64,000 nucleotides of DNA from an uncultured Pelagibacteraceae bacterium. Lineage in GTDB: Bacteria; Pseudomonadota; Alphaproteobacteria; Pelagibacterales; AG-422-B15. The DNA lies in NCBI GenBank assembly GCA_902622985.1, contig CACNSH010000004.1, forward strand, positions 66 to 64,065, written 5' to 3'. Shown here one piece after another: positions 37,190 through 48,308 of the stretch (within the stretch, counting starts at the first letter, position 1; every line of letters begins with the position of its first letter). Made by a program: the position numbers and the translations under genes. A model generated the notes under the pieces. It saw only the letters and a list, made by a program, of their open reading frames with translations. It was not told the origin of the DNA and did no database searches.

Positions 37190-37669
37190 TTATTTGAATT
37201 TATCTTTTAATTTTTGCTCAACAAACTTATTTGTAAAATTACTGATATTTCCTCCCAAACGTGCAATTTCTTTTACAAAATTAGAGGAAATTGATTGCCG
37301 TTGAGCGTCTGCCATCAAGAATACTGTTTCAATATTATTATCTAATTGTCTATTCATACCCAACATCTGAAACTCATATTCAAAATCAGAAACAACACGA
37401 AGACCTCTTATGAGTATCTTTGCATCTAGCGAATTAGCTAAATCAATCAATAAATTATCAAATGCAATTACTTCGATTTTATCATTAGATGAAAACTCAT
37501 TTTCTATCATTTCTTTTCTTTCATCTAAATCAAATAAAGGTGATTTATGCGGGCTGTCAGCAACTGCGATATATAATTTATCAACAAGTTTTGTAGCCCT
37601 ATTGATAATATCAATGTGCCCTTTATGAATGGGATCGAAGCTTCCAGGATATATGCCAGTTCTACTCAT
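37190..37669 (-). CDS. coaD: phosphopantetheine adenylyltransferase
   Basis: It has the nucleotidyltransferase motif YPGSFDPIHKGHIDI, then LIRGLR and ISSNFVKEIA. It is 159 aa. Confidence 0.9.
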   Translation of the reverse strand: MSRTGIYPGSFDPIHKGHIDIINRATKLVDKLYIAVADSPHKSPLFDLDERKEMIENEFSSNDKIEVIAFDNLLIDLANSLDAKILIRGLRVVSDFEYEFQMLGMNRQLDNNIETVFLMADAQRQSISSNFVKEIARLGGNISNFTNKFVEQKLKDKFK

Positions 37670-37712
37670 GTTTGGAATATATAATGATTATTTAAAGACC
37701 TCTAGTAATTTA

Positions 37713-40418
37713 TTAACTATCTAGCTCAACTCTGCCTGCAGAAACAACTTTTTCTTCTTTTGTTGTTTTAAATATACTTACTCCCTGCGTATTTCTACCA
37801 GCTACGCGAACATCTTTTACCGGGCAGCGAATTAATTGACCTGTTTTAGTTATCAGCATTATATCATCATCATTATTGACTGGAAAAGAAGCTAGAACAT
37901 CGCCATTTCTATCTGATGTTGCAATACACATTATGCCCGATCCTCCGCGATTAGAAACTCTAAACTGGTAAGAAGAGGATCTTTTGCCAAAGCCATTCTC
38001 AGTAACGGTTAAAATGAATTGTTCTCTCGCTTTTAATTCATCATATCGATCCTTAGATATTTCAATGTCAGAAACAGAGTTATCAGTATCATTATCATCA
38101 CTCTCAGTTTCTTCTTGCATTCCTTTTTCCTTTGAAATCATTTTTAAGTAAGCTTTTGCTTCTGCTGACGATACATCAGTATGAGAAATGATAGAAATTG
38201 AAATAATTTTATCATCTTTTGTTAGCCTGATGCCCCTTACACCTACCGAACTTCTACTCTTAGTTGTTCTCAGTTTTGAAACAGGAGTTCGAATACACTT
38301 TCCATGTTTAGTTGATAGTAAAATATCGTCTTCATCACTACAAAGTTTTACACCTACGATTGCATTATTATTATCTAATTTCATTGCAATTTTACCATTT
38401 GCTTGAATCCTTTTGAAATCTTCTAAACTATTTTTTCTGATGCTTCCGTCTGATGTAGCAAATATTAAATACTCATTTCCATTTGATTGTTTATTTTCTG
38501 GCAACACAAGGATACTTGATAGACTTTCAGTGTCTTTTAGATTTAAGAGATTTATTATTGCTTTGCCCTTAGCTTGGGGTGATGACTCAGGAATCTTCCA
38601 TGTCTTAAGTTTGTAAGCTATTCCTCCAGACGAGAAAAACAACATATTGTCATGAGTACTTGATGTAAAAACTTGAGTTACAAAATCTTCTTCATTGGTT
38701 TTCATTCCCGCTCTTCCTTTGCCACCTCTTTTCTGTGCTCTGTACATATTTAAAGGAACCCTTTTTATATAACCTGAGTTTGTTACACTTACGACCATAT
38801 CACTTCTTTGAACAAGGTCTTCTTGATGAATATCTGTAGCCTCTCCCTCATTAATTTCTGTTCTTCTTGGTATTGCAAATTGCTTTTTAATTTCATTTAG
38901 CTCAACATTTATTACATCATTCAATACTTCAGTATCCCTTAATATTGAGAGGAATTTGTTTATTTGATTGGAAAGATCTGATAACTCTGACTTGATCTCA
39001 TCTTTACCAAGAGCTGTCAAACGTTGCAACCTTAACTCTAATATCGCTTTGGCCTGCTCGTCTGTTAAATAAATTTCTTTTTCATTTTTAATTTGCCTTG
39101 GGTCATCAACTAACTTTAACAAATCATCAATATCCTTGCTTAGCCACTTAGTTTTAAGAAGCGAGGTTCTTGCCTCATTAGGATCTTTGGAGCTTTTAAT
39201 TATTTCTATTATATGATCAACATTAGCAACAGCAACTGCTAGGCCAATCAATACATGGGCCCTATCTCTTGCTTTGCCGAGATCATGACGAGTCCTGTTT
39301 CTGATAATTTCTTTTCTGAATTCTATAAAATGGTGAATGAATTCTTTTATATTCATTAATTTTGGTTTTCCGTTTACCAACGCCAATGAATTAACACCGT
39401 AAGAACTTTGTAGTGCAGTAAATTTATATAATTTATTTAATACAACTTGTGATATTACCCCTTTTTTTAATTCAACAACAACCCTTACTCCTTGGCGGTC
39501 AGACTCATCTCTTAAATCACTTATACCATCAATTTTTTTATCTCTGACAAGTTCAGCTATTTTCTCAAGCAAAGATGATTTGTTAACTTGGTAAGGTACT
39601 TCGGTAAATACGATTGCCTCTCGATCTGTTTTAAATTCCTCTATGTTTGATTTTGCCTGAACAATGATTGAGCCTCTTCCTGATGACTGAGAGTCTTTTA
39701 TGCCTTTTATGCCAATAATTGTTCCACCCGTAGGAAAGTCTGGGCCTTTTATAATTTGATTTATTTCCTCAAAAGTTACATCGGTATTTTTAAGGTAAGC
39801 AATACTAGCATCAATGACCTCTCCTAAATTATGAGGTAAAATGTTAGTCGCCATACCAACTGCTATACCACCTGCACCGTTGACAAGTAGGTTTGGATAT
39901 TTTGCAGGAAGAACAGATGGCTCACTTTCAGTTTCATCATAATTAGGTCTAAAGTCGACCGTTTCTTTTTCTATATCTTCAAGAAGGAAACTAGCAATTT
40001 TTGCCATTCTAACTTCCGTATATCTCATTGCAGCAGCCCTATCACCGTCCATTGATCCAAAATTACCTTGACCATCTAATAGTGGCACGCTCATTGAGAA
40101 GTCTTGGGCAAGTCTGACCAACGCATCATAAACAGCTTGATCTCCATGCGGATGATATTTACCAATAACATCACCGACAACTCGAGCACTCTTTCTATGT
40201 TGTTTATTCCACTCATAGCCTGACTCATGCATTGCATATAAAATCCGTCTATGAACTGGTTTTAGTCCGTCTCTAACATCGGGCAATGCCCTGCTAACGA
40301 TTACGCTCATAGCGTAATCGAGGTAAGAATTTTGCATTTCTGTATCGATTAATATGGGGATTACAGATTGCTCTTTACCTGTTTTAAGATCTTCATTTTG
40401 ATCCTTGGAATCAGTCAA
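37713..40418 (-). CDS. gyrA: DNA gyrase subunit A
   Basis: It has [27 protein letters not shown], the active-site Tyr in AAMRYTE, and the GyrA-box [10 protein letters not shown]. There is an acidic insertion in the C-terminal domain. Confidence 0.95.
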   Translation of the reverse strand: MTDSKDQNEDLKTGKEQSVIPILIDTEMQNSYLDYAMSVIVSRALPDVRDGLKPVHRRILYAMHESGYEWNKQHRKSARVVGDVIGKYHPHGDQAVYDALVRLAQDFSMSVPLLDGQGNFGSMDGDRAAAMRYTEVRMAKIASFLLEDIEKETVDFRPNYDETESEPSVLPAKYPNLLVNGAGGIAVGMATNILPHNLGEVIDASIAYLKNTDVTFEEINQIIKGPDFPTGGTIIGIKGIKDSQSSGRGSIIVQAKSNIEEFKTDREAIVFTEVPYQVNKSSLLEKIAELVRDKKIDGISDLRDESDRQGVRVVVELKKGVISQVVLNKLYKFTALQSSYGVNSLALVNGKPKLMNIKEFIHHFIEFRKEIIRNRTRHDLGKARDRAHVLIGLAVAVANVDHIIEIIKSSKDPNEARTSLLKTKWLSKDIDDLLKLVDDPRQIKNEKEIYLTDEQAKAILELRLQRLTALGKDEIKSELSDLSNQINKFLSILRDTEVLNDVINVELNEIKKQFAIPRRTEINEGEATDIHQEDLVQRSDMVVSVTNSGYIKRVPLNMYRAQKRGGKGRAGMKTNEEDFVTQVFTSSTHDNMLFFSSGGIAYKLKTWKIPESSPQAKGKAIINLLNLKDTESLSSILVLPENKQSNGNEYLIFATSDGSIRKNSLEDFKRIQANGKIAMKLDNNNAIVGVKLCSDEDDILLSTKHGKCIRTPVSKLRTTKSRSSVGVRGIRLTKDDKIISISIISHTDVSSAEAKAYLKMISKEKGMQEETESDDNDTDNSVSDIEISKDRYDELKAREQFILTVTENGFGKRSSSYQFRVSNRGGSGIMCIATSDRNGDVLASFPVNNDDDIMLITKTGQLIRCPVKDVRVAGRNTQGVSIFKTTKEEKVVSAGRVELDS

Positions 40419-40514
40419 TTCTTTTACCTATTGAAGCGCTAAAAATCCCTAAAAAATAGGAAAAATAAGCACGATTTTGTTATAAAAATTAAGTATATTA
40501 TATCAGAAATTTGC

Positions 40515-40538
40515 CTACTTTTCGATTGAAAAAAGTAG
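40515..40538 (-). terminator. AU-rich hairpin immediately after the ssb stop (possible weak terminator)
   Basis: There is a perfect 8-bp stem, CTACTTTT (40515-40522) pairing with AAAAGTAG (40531-40538), with an 8-nt loop. It starts 2 nt downstream of the ssb stop. The downstream U-tract is only partial. Confidence 0.3.
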
Positions 40539-40540
40539 AC

Positions 40541-40999
40541 TTAAAAGGGTATTTCGTCGTCTATATCAAGGTCAGGTGGAGCACTGTCTCCCATGTCTTG
40601 ATTTATTTCTGAACCCATATCTGGAATTGAATCGCCGCCTCCTGCGTTCCTTGAGTCAAGCATGGTAAGTGTGCCATTATAGTTTCCAAGAACTATTTCC
40701 GTCGTATATTTTTCAACTCCGCTCTGATCTGTAAATTTCCTAGTTTGTAATTGGCCTTCAATGTAAATTTTTGAACCTTTTTTAAGGTAACTCTCAACAA
40801 CACCCGCTAAACCATCGTTAAATATGACTATTCTGTGCCAACTGGTTTTTTCTTTTTTCTCGCCTGTAGCCTTGTCTTTCCATGACTCGGATGTAGCTAA
40901 GCTAAGTTGGGCAAGCCTTTTTCCATCTTGAGTCTGACGAATTACGGGATCTGCTCCAAGATTACCTATTAGCATTACTTTATTTAAACTAGCAGCCAT
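40541..40999 (-). CDS. ssb: single-stranded DNA-binding protein
   Basis: It has an OB fold (LNKVMLIGNLGADP...) and the acidic tail DDEIPF. I prefer the start at MAASLNKV (40999) to the track's upstream Met at 41029. Confidence 0.9.
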   Translation of the reverse strand: MAASLNKVMLIGNLGADPVIRQTQDGKRLAQLSLATSESWKDKATGEKKEKTSWHRIVIFNDGLAGVVESYLKKGSKIYIEGQLQTRKFTDQSGVEKYTTEIVLGNYNGTLTMLDSRNAGGGDSIPDMGSEINQDMGDSAPPDLDIDDEIPF

Positions 41000-41054
41000 A
41001 TACTGTAATTTATCCAGATATTGATGCACTGTACATACAAAAATCCCTATTTTG

Positions 41055-41068
41055 CTGTTTATGCACAG
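41055..41068. promoter_or_regulatory. perfect palindrome CTGT-N6-ACAG in the divergent ssb/uvrA control region (candidate operator)
   Basis: The sequence is CTGTTTATGCACAG, 41 nt upstream of the uvrA ATG. It resembles a LexA-type CTGT...ACAG half-site pair but with a 6-nt rather than 8-nt spacer. Confidence 0.25.
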
Positions 41069-41108
41069 GTTATCTTTAAATCAGGAGTGTTAAGATTAAT
41101 TAATTCTT

Positions 41109-43937
41109 ATGAGTAAGACAATTTCAGTACAAGGAGCCCGTGAACATAATTTAAAAAATGTTAACGTCAAAATACCCCGTGAGAAGCTAACAATAATAAC
41201 TGGTTTGTCTGGCTCAGGTAAATCTTCCCTTGCATTTGATACTATTTATGCTGAAGGCCAAAGAAGATACGTTGAGAGCTTATCAGCTTATGCAAGACAG
41301 TTTTTGCAAATGATGCAAAAACCAAATGTTGATTTAATAGAAGGGTTAAGTCCCGCAATTTCCATCGAACAAAAAACAACATCAAAAAATCCTAGGTCAA
41401 CAGTTGGTACTGTTACTGAGGTGTATGATTATCTTCGTCTTCTTTTTGCGAGAGTTGGAATACCCTATTCTCCTGCAACAGGGTTACCAATTAAAAGTCA
41501 GACAGTGACCCAAATAGTTGATCGAATAAAAGAAAGAGAAATAGGTTCAAAGTTTCTAATATTGTCTCCAATTATCAGAGGAAGAAAAGGTGAGTACAAA
41601 AAGGAATTACAAGAATTGCACAAGAAGGGTTTTCAAAGAGTAAAGATTGATGGGGAATTATACGAATTCGACTCTTTACCTGAAATTGATAAAAAAAAGA
41701 AACATGACATCGAGGTTGTAGTAGATCGTATCGTACTAAACGATGAAATAGGTAACAGGTTGGCGGATAGTGTTGAAACTGCCCTCAATTTAAGTGATGG
41801 ATTGGTGATCGTTGAAAACTTCGAGATGAAAAATGGTAAAGTAGATAATGAACTATTTTCATCAAAATTTGCTTGTCCAGTATCTGGTTTCACAATTGAT
41901 GAAATTGAACCAAGGTTGTTTTCTTTTAATAATCCTTATGGAGCGTGTGAAGAATGTGATGGAATTGGTACCGATTTATCAATTGATCCTAATTTAGTTG
42001 TTCCAAATAAAAACCTTTCAATAAATGAGGATGCACTTGCTCCTTGGCCAGTCTCGAGATACGGGTATTTTAGAAATATTTTAAAGGTTGTAGCTAGAAA
42101 ATATAAATTTTCACTTGATACACCCTGGAAATCACTAGGAAAAAAAATTCAAAACATTGTTCTTTATGGCTCTGGTGAAACAGAATTAAAGTTTACTTAT
42201 GATGACGGTTATGAGTATGAAAGGCCTTTCGAAGGAGTAATCAATAATCTTGAGCGCAGATATCTAGAGACAGAAAGTGATTGGATGCGTGGAAGAATTG
42301 AGAGATATCAGAGTGAAGTAAGATGTCATGCATGCAATGGTTTTAGGCTAAAAGAGACTGCATTGGCTGTAAAGATAGACAAGCTGCACATAGGTGAAGT
42401 ATGCGACAAATCTATAAAAGAACTTGTTATTTGGTTTCAGAAACTTGAAAAAAAATTAACTAAAAAAGAAAAAGAAATTGCATTTAGAATTCTTAAGGAA
42501 CTCAATGAAAGGATACTTTTTTTAAATAATGTAGGTCTTGAATATCTAACTCTTTCAAGAGGTTCGGGTAGTTTATCAGGCGGTGAGTCACAACGTATTC
42601 GTCTTGCATCACAAATTGGATCAGGTTTGACAGGAGTTCTCTATGTGCTAGACGAACCCTCGATTGGCTTGCATCAGCGTGATAATGAAAGATTGTTAAA
42701 AACTCTTAAAAGATTAAGAGACCTTGGAAATACAGTTATTGTCGTTGAGCATGATGAAGAGGCAATCACGACAGCTGATCATGTAGTTGACTTGGGACCG
42801 GCTGCTGGCGTTAATGGTGGAAGAGTAGTTGCTGAGGGTAATGTTACTAAAATTAAAAAAAATCAAAATAGCATAACTGGTCAATACTTATCTGGTAAAC
42901 TAAAAATTGAAATACCTAGCAATAGAAGAAAAGCGCTAAATAATAAATATATAGAAATTATAAAAGCTGAGGGCAATAATCTTAAAAATGTCGACTGCGA
43001 AATTCCTCTTGGAACACTTACTTGTATTACCGGAGTTTCTGGTAGCGGTAAATCAACTTTAACAATTAATACGCTTTTTAAGTCAGTCGCACAAACGTTG
43101 AACGGGTCAAGGTATACACCTGCAAAGCATAAAGAAATAAAGGGTCTTCAAGAACTTGATAAAGTTATAGATATTGATCAATCTCCAATTGGAAGGACCC
43201 CAAGATCAAATCCCGCGACTTATACCGGAGCCTTCACTTTTATAAGAGACTGGTTTACCGGTTTGCCAGAATCAAAAGCCAGAGGTTATAAAGCTGGAAG
43301 ATTTTCATTTAATGTTAAGGGCGGTAGATGTGAAGCCTGTGAAGGTGATGGTGTAATTAAGATAGAGATGCACTTTCTTCCTGATGTATATGTCACTTGC
43401 GATGAATGTGAGGGCAAAAGATACAACAGAGAAACGCTTGAAATTAAGTACAAAGATAAGAGTATTGCAGATATTTTAGATATGACAGTTGAAGAAGGAT
43501 GTTCTTTTTTTGAAGCAATCCCAATGATTAAAAAGAAACTTGATACACTTCAAAATGTAGGGCTTGGCTATATAAAAATTGGTCAGCAAGCTACTACTTT
43601 ATCAGGTGGTGAAGCGCAAAGAATTAAACTTTCAAAAGAACTTTCAAAAAGAGCCACAGGCAAAACCTTGTACATACTTGATGAGCCAACTACGGGACTT
43701 CATGTCCATGACATTAAGAAACTACTCGAGGTACTCCAAATTTTAGTAGATCAAGGTAACACTGTTGTTGTGATAGAGCATAATTTAGACGTCATAAAAA
43801 CAGCTGATTGGATCATTGACTTGGGCCCAGAAGGAGGTGACGGTGGCGGTGAAATAATAGGAAGCGGTTCACCAGAAGATATTGCAAAACTCAAAAAAAG
43901 TTATACAGGACAGTATTTAAATAAAATTCTCAAATAG
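41109..43937 (+). CDS. uvrA: excinuclease ABC subunit A
   Basis: It has two ABC ATPase modules (GLSGSGKSS; GVSGSGKST; [16 protein letters not shown]) and a C-terminal zinc finger CEACEGDG...CDECEGKRY. It is 942 aa. Confidence 0.95.
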   Translation: MSKTISVQGAREHNLKNVNVKIPREKLTIITGLSGSGKSSLAFDTIYAEGQRRYVESLSAYARQFLQMMQKPNVDLIEGLSPAISIEQKTTSKNPRSTVGTVTEVYDYLRLLFARVGIPYSPATGLPIKSQTVTQIVDRIKEREIGSKFLILSPIIRGRKGEYKKELQELHKKGFQRVKIDGELYEFDSLPEIDKKKKHDIEVVVDRIVLNDEIGNRLADSVETALNLSDGLVIVENFEMKNGKVDNELFSSKFACPVSGFTIDEIEPRLFSFNNPYGACEECDGIGTDLSIDPNLVVPNKNLSINEDALAPWPVSRYGYFRNILKVVARKYKFSLDTPWKSLGKKIQNIVLYGSGETELKFTYDDGYEYERPFEGVINNLERRYLETESDWMRGRIERYQSEVRCHACNGFRLKETALAVKIDKLHIGEVCDKSIKELVIWFQKLEKKLTKKEKEIAFRILKELNERILFLNNVGLEYLTLSRGSGSLSGGESQRIRLASQIGSGLTGVLYVLDEPSIGLHQRDNERLLKTLKRLRDLGNTVIVVEHDEEAITTADHVVDLGPAAGVNGGRVVAEGNVTKIKKNQNSITGQYLSGKLKIEIPSNRRKALNNKYIEIIKAEGNNLKNVDCEIPLGTLTCITGVSGSGKSTLTINTLFKSVAQTLNGSRYTPAKHKEIKGLQELDKVIDIDQSPIGRTPRSNPATYTGAFTFIRDWFTGLPESKARGYKAGRFSFNVKGGRCEACEGDGVIKIEMHFLPDVYVTCDECEGKRYNRETLEIKYKDKSIADILDMTVEEGCSFFEAIPMIKKKLDTLQNVGLGYIKIGQQATTLSGGEAQRIKLSKELSKRATGKTLYILDEPTTGLHVHDIKKLLEVLQILVDQGNTVVVIEHNLDVIKTADWIIDLGPEGGDGGGEIIGSGSPEDIAKLKKSYTGQYLNKILK

Positions 43938-43985
43938 TCACATAAATATTTTACACACACGCATAAAACATGCTATGAATCGTTA

Positions 43986-44594
43986 ATGGCATCAATATTA
44001 CAATCATTGCAAAGAACAGTCATTCTTGGAACTTTGTTAGCAATTCTTTTGCTCATTATGGTTACAGGCCACTATGGTGGCTTTGACCAACTATATTGGG
44101 CCTCACTCTCGAGATTTCTTCACGTCATATCTGGAGTCATGTGGATTGGCCTCCTCTATTACTTTAATTTTGTACAGATTCCTAATATGCCAAATATTCC
44201 TGATGAGCAAAAACCAGCGATAGGAAAAGTTATTGCCCCTGCGGCTCTTTTCTGGTTCAGATGGGCTGCTTTGGCAACATTAATTACAGGTCTTACAACT
44301 CTAGCTCTTTATTATGGACATGAGGGATCAGTCAATGCTCTTACATTTACATTGGCTTATGGATTTAATGGTAAAGAACTTACAATAGGAATTGGTATGT
44401 GGCTTGCTATCATAATGGCTTACAATGTATGGATGGTTATTTGGCCAAATCAAAAGAAAGCATTGGGAATTGTTGAAGTTGATGCAGATACAAAAGCAAA
44501 ATCAGCAAGAACAGCGATGCTATTCTCAAGAACAAACACCGTGCTTTCTATTCCCATGCTGTTAGCAATGGTAGTTGCACAAAATCTTTACTAA
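43986..44594 (+). CDS. integral membrane protein of unknown function
   Basis: It has about 5 hydrophobic helices. The conserved-looking HVISGVMWIGLLYYFNFVQIP reminds me of the membrane domain seen at the N-terminus of PuuD-type urate hydroxylases. That link is an unverified recollection. Confidence 0.4.
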   Translation: MASILQSLQRTVILGTLLAILLLIMVTGHYGGFDQLYWASLSRFLHVISGVMWIGLLYYFNFVQIPNMPNIPDEQKPAIGKVIAPAALFWFRWAALATLITGLTTLALYYGHEGSVNALTFTLAYGFNGKELTIGIGMWLAIIMAYNVWMVIWPNQKKALGIVEVDADTKAKSARTAMLFSRTNTVLSIPMLLAMVVAQNLY

Positions 44595-44595
44595 A

Positions 44596-45522
44596 TTATC
44601 TAGTTGAGTCTACTGCTGATGTCGTATTCCACTCACGTTTTACATCAAGGTATCTCAGTAATGGCGCTGCTACAAAAATTGATGAATATGTTCCAACTAT
44701 AACTCCCCAAATCATTGCAAACGTAAACCCTTTAATCACTTCACCTCCAAAAATGAATAACGATAACAAAGCTAAAAGCGTAGTCACAGAAGTTACGATT
44801 GTTCTTGATAAAGTATCGTTAATTGACAAATTTAATAAATCTGTAATTTCCTTTGAACGGTACTTACGTAAGTTTTCTCTGACCCTATCGTACACAACAA
44901 CTGTATCGTTCATAGAGTATCCAACAATAGTAAGTATTGCAGCAATGATGGGTAAATTGAACTCTAATTGAGTTATACAAAAAACACCTATGGTTAATAT
45001 GACGTCATGAACAAGTGCGAGAACTGCTCCAAGTGAAAACTGCCATTCAAACCTAAACCAAATGTAAACAAGCATTGCAAATACAGCGACAAAAATTGCT
45101 ATAGCACCAGATTGTATTAATTCTCCACTAACCTTAGGCCCTACAACCTCAGTTCTTCTAAAATTAATATCGGTTGAAAGATAAGACCCTAAGCTATCTT
45201 TTACTATTTGAACAACATCTTGTTGAACTTGATCTCCACCTAGTTGTTGCTCTACTCTAATTAGTAAATTTTTACTTGATCCAAATTCTTGAACTTGAAC
45301 ATCCCCTAATTCAAGAGTATTTAAGTTATCTCTTAAACCAGAAATTTCTATTTCTTGAGATGTTTCGATTTCAATAAGTGTACCACCCTTAAAATCAATT
45401 CCAAAATTCAATCCATTTACAAAAAAAGCCCCTATTGAAAGAAATATCAATATTGCAGAAAGAATAAAGGTAATTACCCTTACTTTTAAAAAATTAATTT
45501 GTGTTCCAGATATATTAAGCAT
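44596..45522 (-). CDS. secF: protein translocase subunit SecF
   Basis: It has a 6-TM SecF pattern (GIDFKGGT, YSMNDTVVVYDRVREN) and overlaps secD by 8 nt. Confidence 0.9.
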   Translation of the reverse strand: MLNISGTQINFLKVRVITFILSAILIFLSIGAFFVNGLNFGIDFKGGTLIEIETSQEIEISGLRDNLNTLELGDVQVQEFGSSKNLLIRVEQQLGGDQVQQDVVQIVKDSLGSYLSTDINFRRTEVVGPKVSGELIQSGAIAIFVAVFAMLVYIWFRFEWQFSLGAVLALVHDVILTIGVFCITQLEFNLPIIAAILTIVGYSMNDTVVVYDRVRENLRKYRSKEITDLLNLSINDTLSRTIVTSVTTLLALLSLFIFGGEVIKGFTFAMIWGVIVGTYSSIFVAAPLLRYLDVKREWNTTSAVDSTR

Positions 45523-47125
45523 TTTTACTTAGACCTACAAAATTTGGTTTTAATCTTTTAGCGTTGAGTGAAATTAGTAACCTTGTGAAAGTAAAGGCAG
45601 TGAAAACTGATGTAAAGATTCCTATAGCCAATGTAATAGAGAAACCTCTCACTGGCCCCGAAGCCATAAAAAATAATATTATTGCAGCAATCAATGTTGT
45701 TATATTTGCATCTAATATAGTTGATAAAGCTCTTTTATACCCGTTTTCAACAGCATTAATCATATTCGATCCATTTCTAATTTCTTCTTTTACTCTCTCA
45801 AAAATTAGAACATTTGCATCCACAGCCATTCCAATTGTTAATATTATTCCAGCGATACCAGGTAATGTTAGAGTTGCTTGAAACAAAGATAAAACGCCAA
45901 GGACCATAAATAAGTTTATAATTAATGCTATATCTGCAAGCAGGCCAAAATATCTATAGACAAATATCATAAAAATAATGACAGCAATAAAACCAATTAT
46001 TGCTGCAAATTGACCCGCTTCAATTGAGTCAGCGCCAAGATCAGGTCCAACCGACCTTTCTTCTAAAATAATTAGTGGGGCTGGTAAAGCACCAGCTCGC
46101 AAAAGAATAGCAAGATCATTTGCTTCTTCTGAGTCAAAACCTCCAGAAATCTGACCAGAACCACCCAAAATAGCTTCCCTTATTACTGGCGCACTTATTA
46201 CTTTATTATCAAGTACAATCGCAAAAGGTTTGCCCACATTTTGCTGTGTAACCCTTCCAAACTTTGTTGCACCTATACGATCAAACCTAAAAGATACAAT
46301 CGGTTCATTTGTTTGAGGATCAAAACCAGGTTGTGCATCGATAAGATTTTCACCTCCAACCATAATTCGCTTTTTTACAATGTATTTAAATTCTTCATCC
46401 GCATCAGATGCCAAAATTTCTGAACCAATTGGTGCCTTCGAGGGATTAAAAGGGTCGAAATTCACAGAAGTATCAACTAATTGAAAAGTAAGTTTAGCCG
46501 TTTGGCCCAGTAAAGACTTAATACGGTCTGGGTCATCAATGCCTGGTAATTGAATTATTATCCTGGATGATCCTTGTCTTTGTATTGATGGCTCTCTTGT
46601 GCCGAGTTCATCTATTCTCCTTCGAACAATTTCTAACGATTGGGCAACTGCATTCGAAACAGATTGTTTTATAAATTCTTCAGTAAAATTTATCTGAACA
46701 GTATTTTCTTCTTGGGTAATAATTAGATTAGTTTGATCTCCCATTGCTAGAATATTTTGAGAGTTACTCATGGATAGCTCGGAAATTTCTTTTTGAATTT
46801 CGCTATTAAAACCCTCTACAATGAATTTTAGGGATTCGTTTGAAACCTTGAAATTACTATAATTAAGATTGTTTTTCTTTAAGACTCTTCGAACGTCTGC
46901 GTTAAGGTTTTCTACTCTCTCCTTTATAATTTCTTCGGTATCAACCTCTAACAATAAGTGTGAGCCTCCTTGAAGGTCCAAGCCGAGGTTTACTTGTTGC
47001 TTAGGAAAAAAATTTGGAAATGTTTCTAATTGATCTTTCCCAAAAAAATTGGGAACAGCAAAAAGTAAAGTAATTATGATTACAGCCAATACTGAAAATA
47101 TTTTTAAATTTGAAAAGTACAGCAT
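45515..47125 (-). CDS. secD: protein translocase subunit SecD
   Basis: It has LGLDLQGGSHLLLEV, a periplasmic domain, and a C-terminal 6-TM bundle with GMAVDANVLIFERVKEE. Confidence 0.9.
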   Translation of the reverse strand: MLYFSNLKIFSVLAVIIITLLFAVPNFFGKDQLETFPNFFPKQQVNLGLDLQGGSHLLLEVDTEEIIKERVENLNADVRRVLKKNNLNYSNFKVSNESLKFIVEGFNSEIQKEISELSMSNSQNILAMGDQTNLIITQEENTVQINFTEEFIKQSVSNAVAQSLEIVRRRIDELGTREPSIQRQGSSRIIIQLPGIDDPDRIKSLLGQTAKLTFQLVDTSVNFDPFNPSKAPIGSEILASDADEEFKYIVKKRIMVGGENLIDAQPGFDPQTNEPIVSFRFDRIGATKFGRVTQQNVGKPFAIVLDNKVISAPVIREAILGGSGQISGGFDSEEANDLAILLRAGALPAPLIILEERSVGPDLGADSIEAGQFAAIIGFIAVIIFMIFVYRYFGLLADIALIINLFMVLGVLSLFQATLTLPGIAGIILTIGMAVDANVLIFERVKEEIRNGSNMINAVENGYKRALSTILDANITTLIAAIILFFMASGPVRGFSITLAIGIFTSVFTAFTFTRLLISLNAKRLKPNFVGLSKNA

Positions 47126-47131
47126 GAAAAT

Positions 47132-47410
47132 TTATTGTGATGTATTTACTTTCTCTACTTCGGCAATTGTTGATTTAATCATTACAACATTGACTCCTGA
47201 GGATATTTCAACCTCCACATCAGTATCTCCGATTACTTTGACTACTTTTCCCCTGACTCCTCCTGAGCTGACGATCTTGTCACCTCGCTGAACAGCGGCA
47301 ACCATCTCTCTATGTTCTTTTGCTCTTCTTTGCTGAGGTCTTATCAATAAAAAATAAAAAATCGCAAAAATTAAGAATAATGGCATTAGTTGAATGAGCA
47401 TTTGTTCCAT
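47132..47410 (-). CDS. yajC: preprotein translocase subunit YajC
   Basis: It is 92 aa with one TM followed by FYFLLIRPQQRRAKEHREM...GDKIVSSGGVRGKV. Confidence 0.9.
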   Translation of the reverse strand: MEQMLIQLMPLFLIFAIFYFLLIRPQQRRAKEHREMVAAVQRGDKIVSSGGVRGKVVKVIGDTDVEVEISSGVNVVMIKSTIAEVEKVNTSQ

Positions 47411-47474
47411 GAAATTCTCCTTTAAAATAACTTAGGCAATATACATACTTAGGTAATATTTTTGAACTAAATAA

Positions 47475-48299
47475 TTAATTTAGATCAGTTTTTAAACCTT
47501 TTTTTAAATCACTTAGACTTTTGTGATGCGTAAGATCTAAATGAAGAGGTGTTATTGATATGTGATGATCTGCCAGTGCCTCTACATCACTCATATATCC
47601 CTCAACTGTTTCATTTAGTGGAGGAATACTTAGATTAACATTTTCTTCAAGCCGCCTTCGTAAACCGAATCTGAATTTTGACTTTTGAACTTCATTAATT
47701 ATCAAGTCGTCAGTTTCCCTGTTTCCTTGTGTTGTTATCTGTATACTTTTAACTAAATCAGCTTTGCAATATGGAAAATTAATATTCATGAATACATTAT
47801 TTGGCCAGCCAAGAATTGTAAGTTCAAGTAAAATATTTTTTAAAAATTTTTTTGAAGCATCCCAAACAATTTGATTTTTTTTGCCGGCCTCATAATTTTG
47901 ACTGATTGCAATTGATGGAATGCGTCTAATTAAACCTTCCATTGCTGCAGCAATTGTGCCTGAATATGTAACATCCTCTCCAACATTGCAGCCACTATTG
48001 ATACCTGACAAAATTAGATCTGGTCTTTTATCTTTTAAAACATTACTTATACCAATTGCAACACAATCACTAGGAGTACCATTAACTGAAAATGTCTTCT
48101 CTTCGTACTTTTTAAGTGTTAATTCGTTTTGAAAAGACAAAGCATGTGATGCACCACTTTTTTCATGTTCAGGTGCAACGACCCAGACATCATTTGAAAA
48201 TTCATTAGCAATAGCTCTTAGTATTTTAATACCCTCTGCAGATATTCCATCATCATTTGTAATTAATATCCTCGCTTCATTAAGATTAATAACTGACAT
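47475..48299 (-). CDS. surE: 5'/3'-nucleotidase SurE
   Basis: It has the N-terminal ILITNDDGISAEGI, then SGINSGCNVGEDVTYSGT. Confidence 0.9.
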   Translation of the reverse strand: MSVINLNEARILITNDDGISAEGIKILRAIANEFSNDVWVVAPEHEKSGASHALSFQNELTLKKYEEKTFSVNGTPSDCVAIGISNVLKDKRPDLILSGINSGCNVGEDVTYSGTIAAAMEGLIRRIPSIAISQNYEAGKKNQIVWDASKKFLKNILLELTILGWPNNVFMNINFPYCKADLVKSIQITTQGNRETDDLIINEVQKSKFRFGLRRRLEENVNLSIPPLNETVEGYMSDVEALADHHISITPLHLDLTHHKSLSDLKKGLKTDLN

Positions 48300-48308
48300 A
48301 TAGATGAA

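Noticed and set aside
41000-41029. The track has an upstream Met (MHQYLDKLQY) for ssb.
   Set aside because: SSB proteins start a few residues before the LNKV(M/I)LIGNLG strand. The internal Met at 40999 (MAASLNKVMLIGNLG) fits, and the extension would eat into the shared ssb/uvrA promoter region.
41021-41108. I looked for a canonical alphaproteobacterial LexA box (GTTC-N7-GTTC) or an E. coli-type CTGT-N8-ACAG box upstream of uvrA/ssb.
   Set aside because: Neither is present. CTGTACATACAAAAAT (from 41029) lacks the ACAG half. Only the N6-spaced palindrome remains, and it is reported separately at low confidence.
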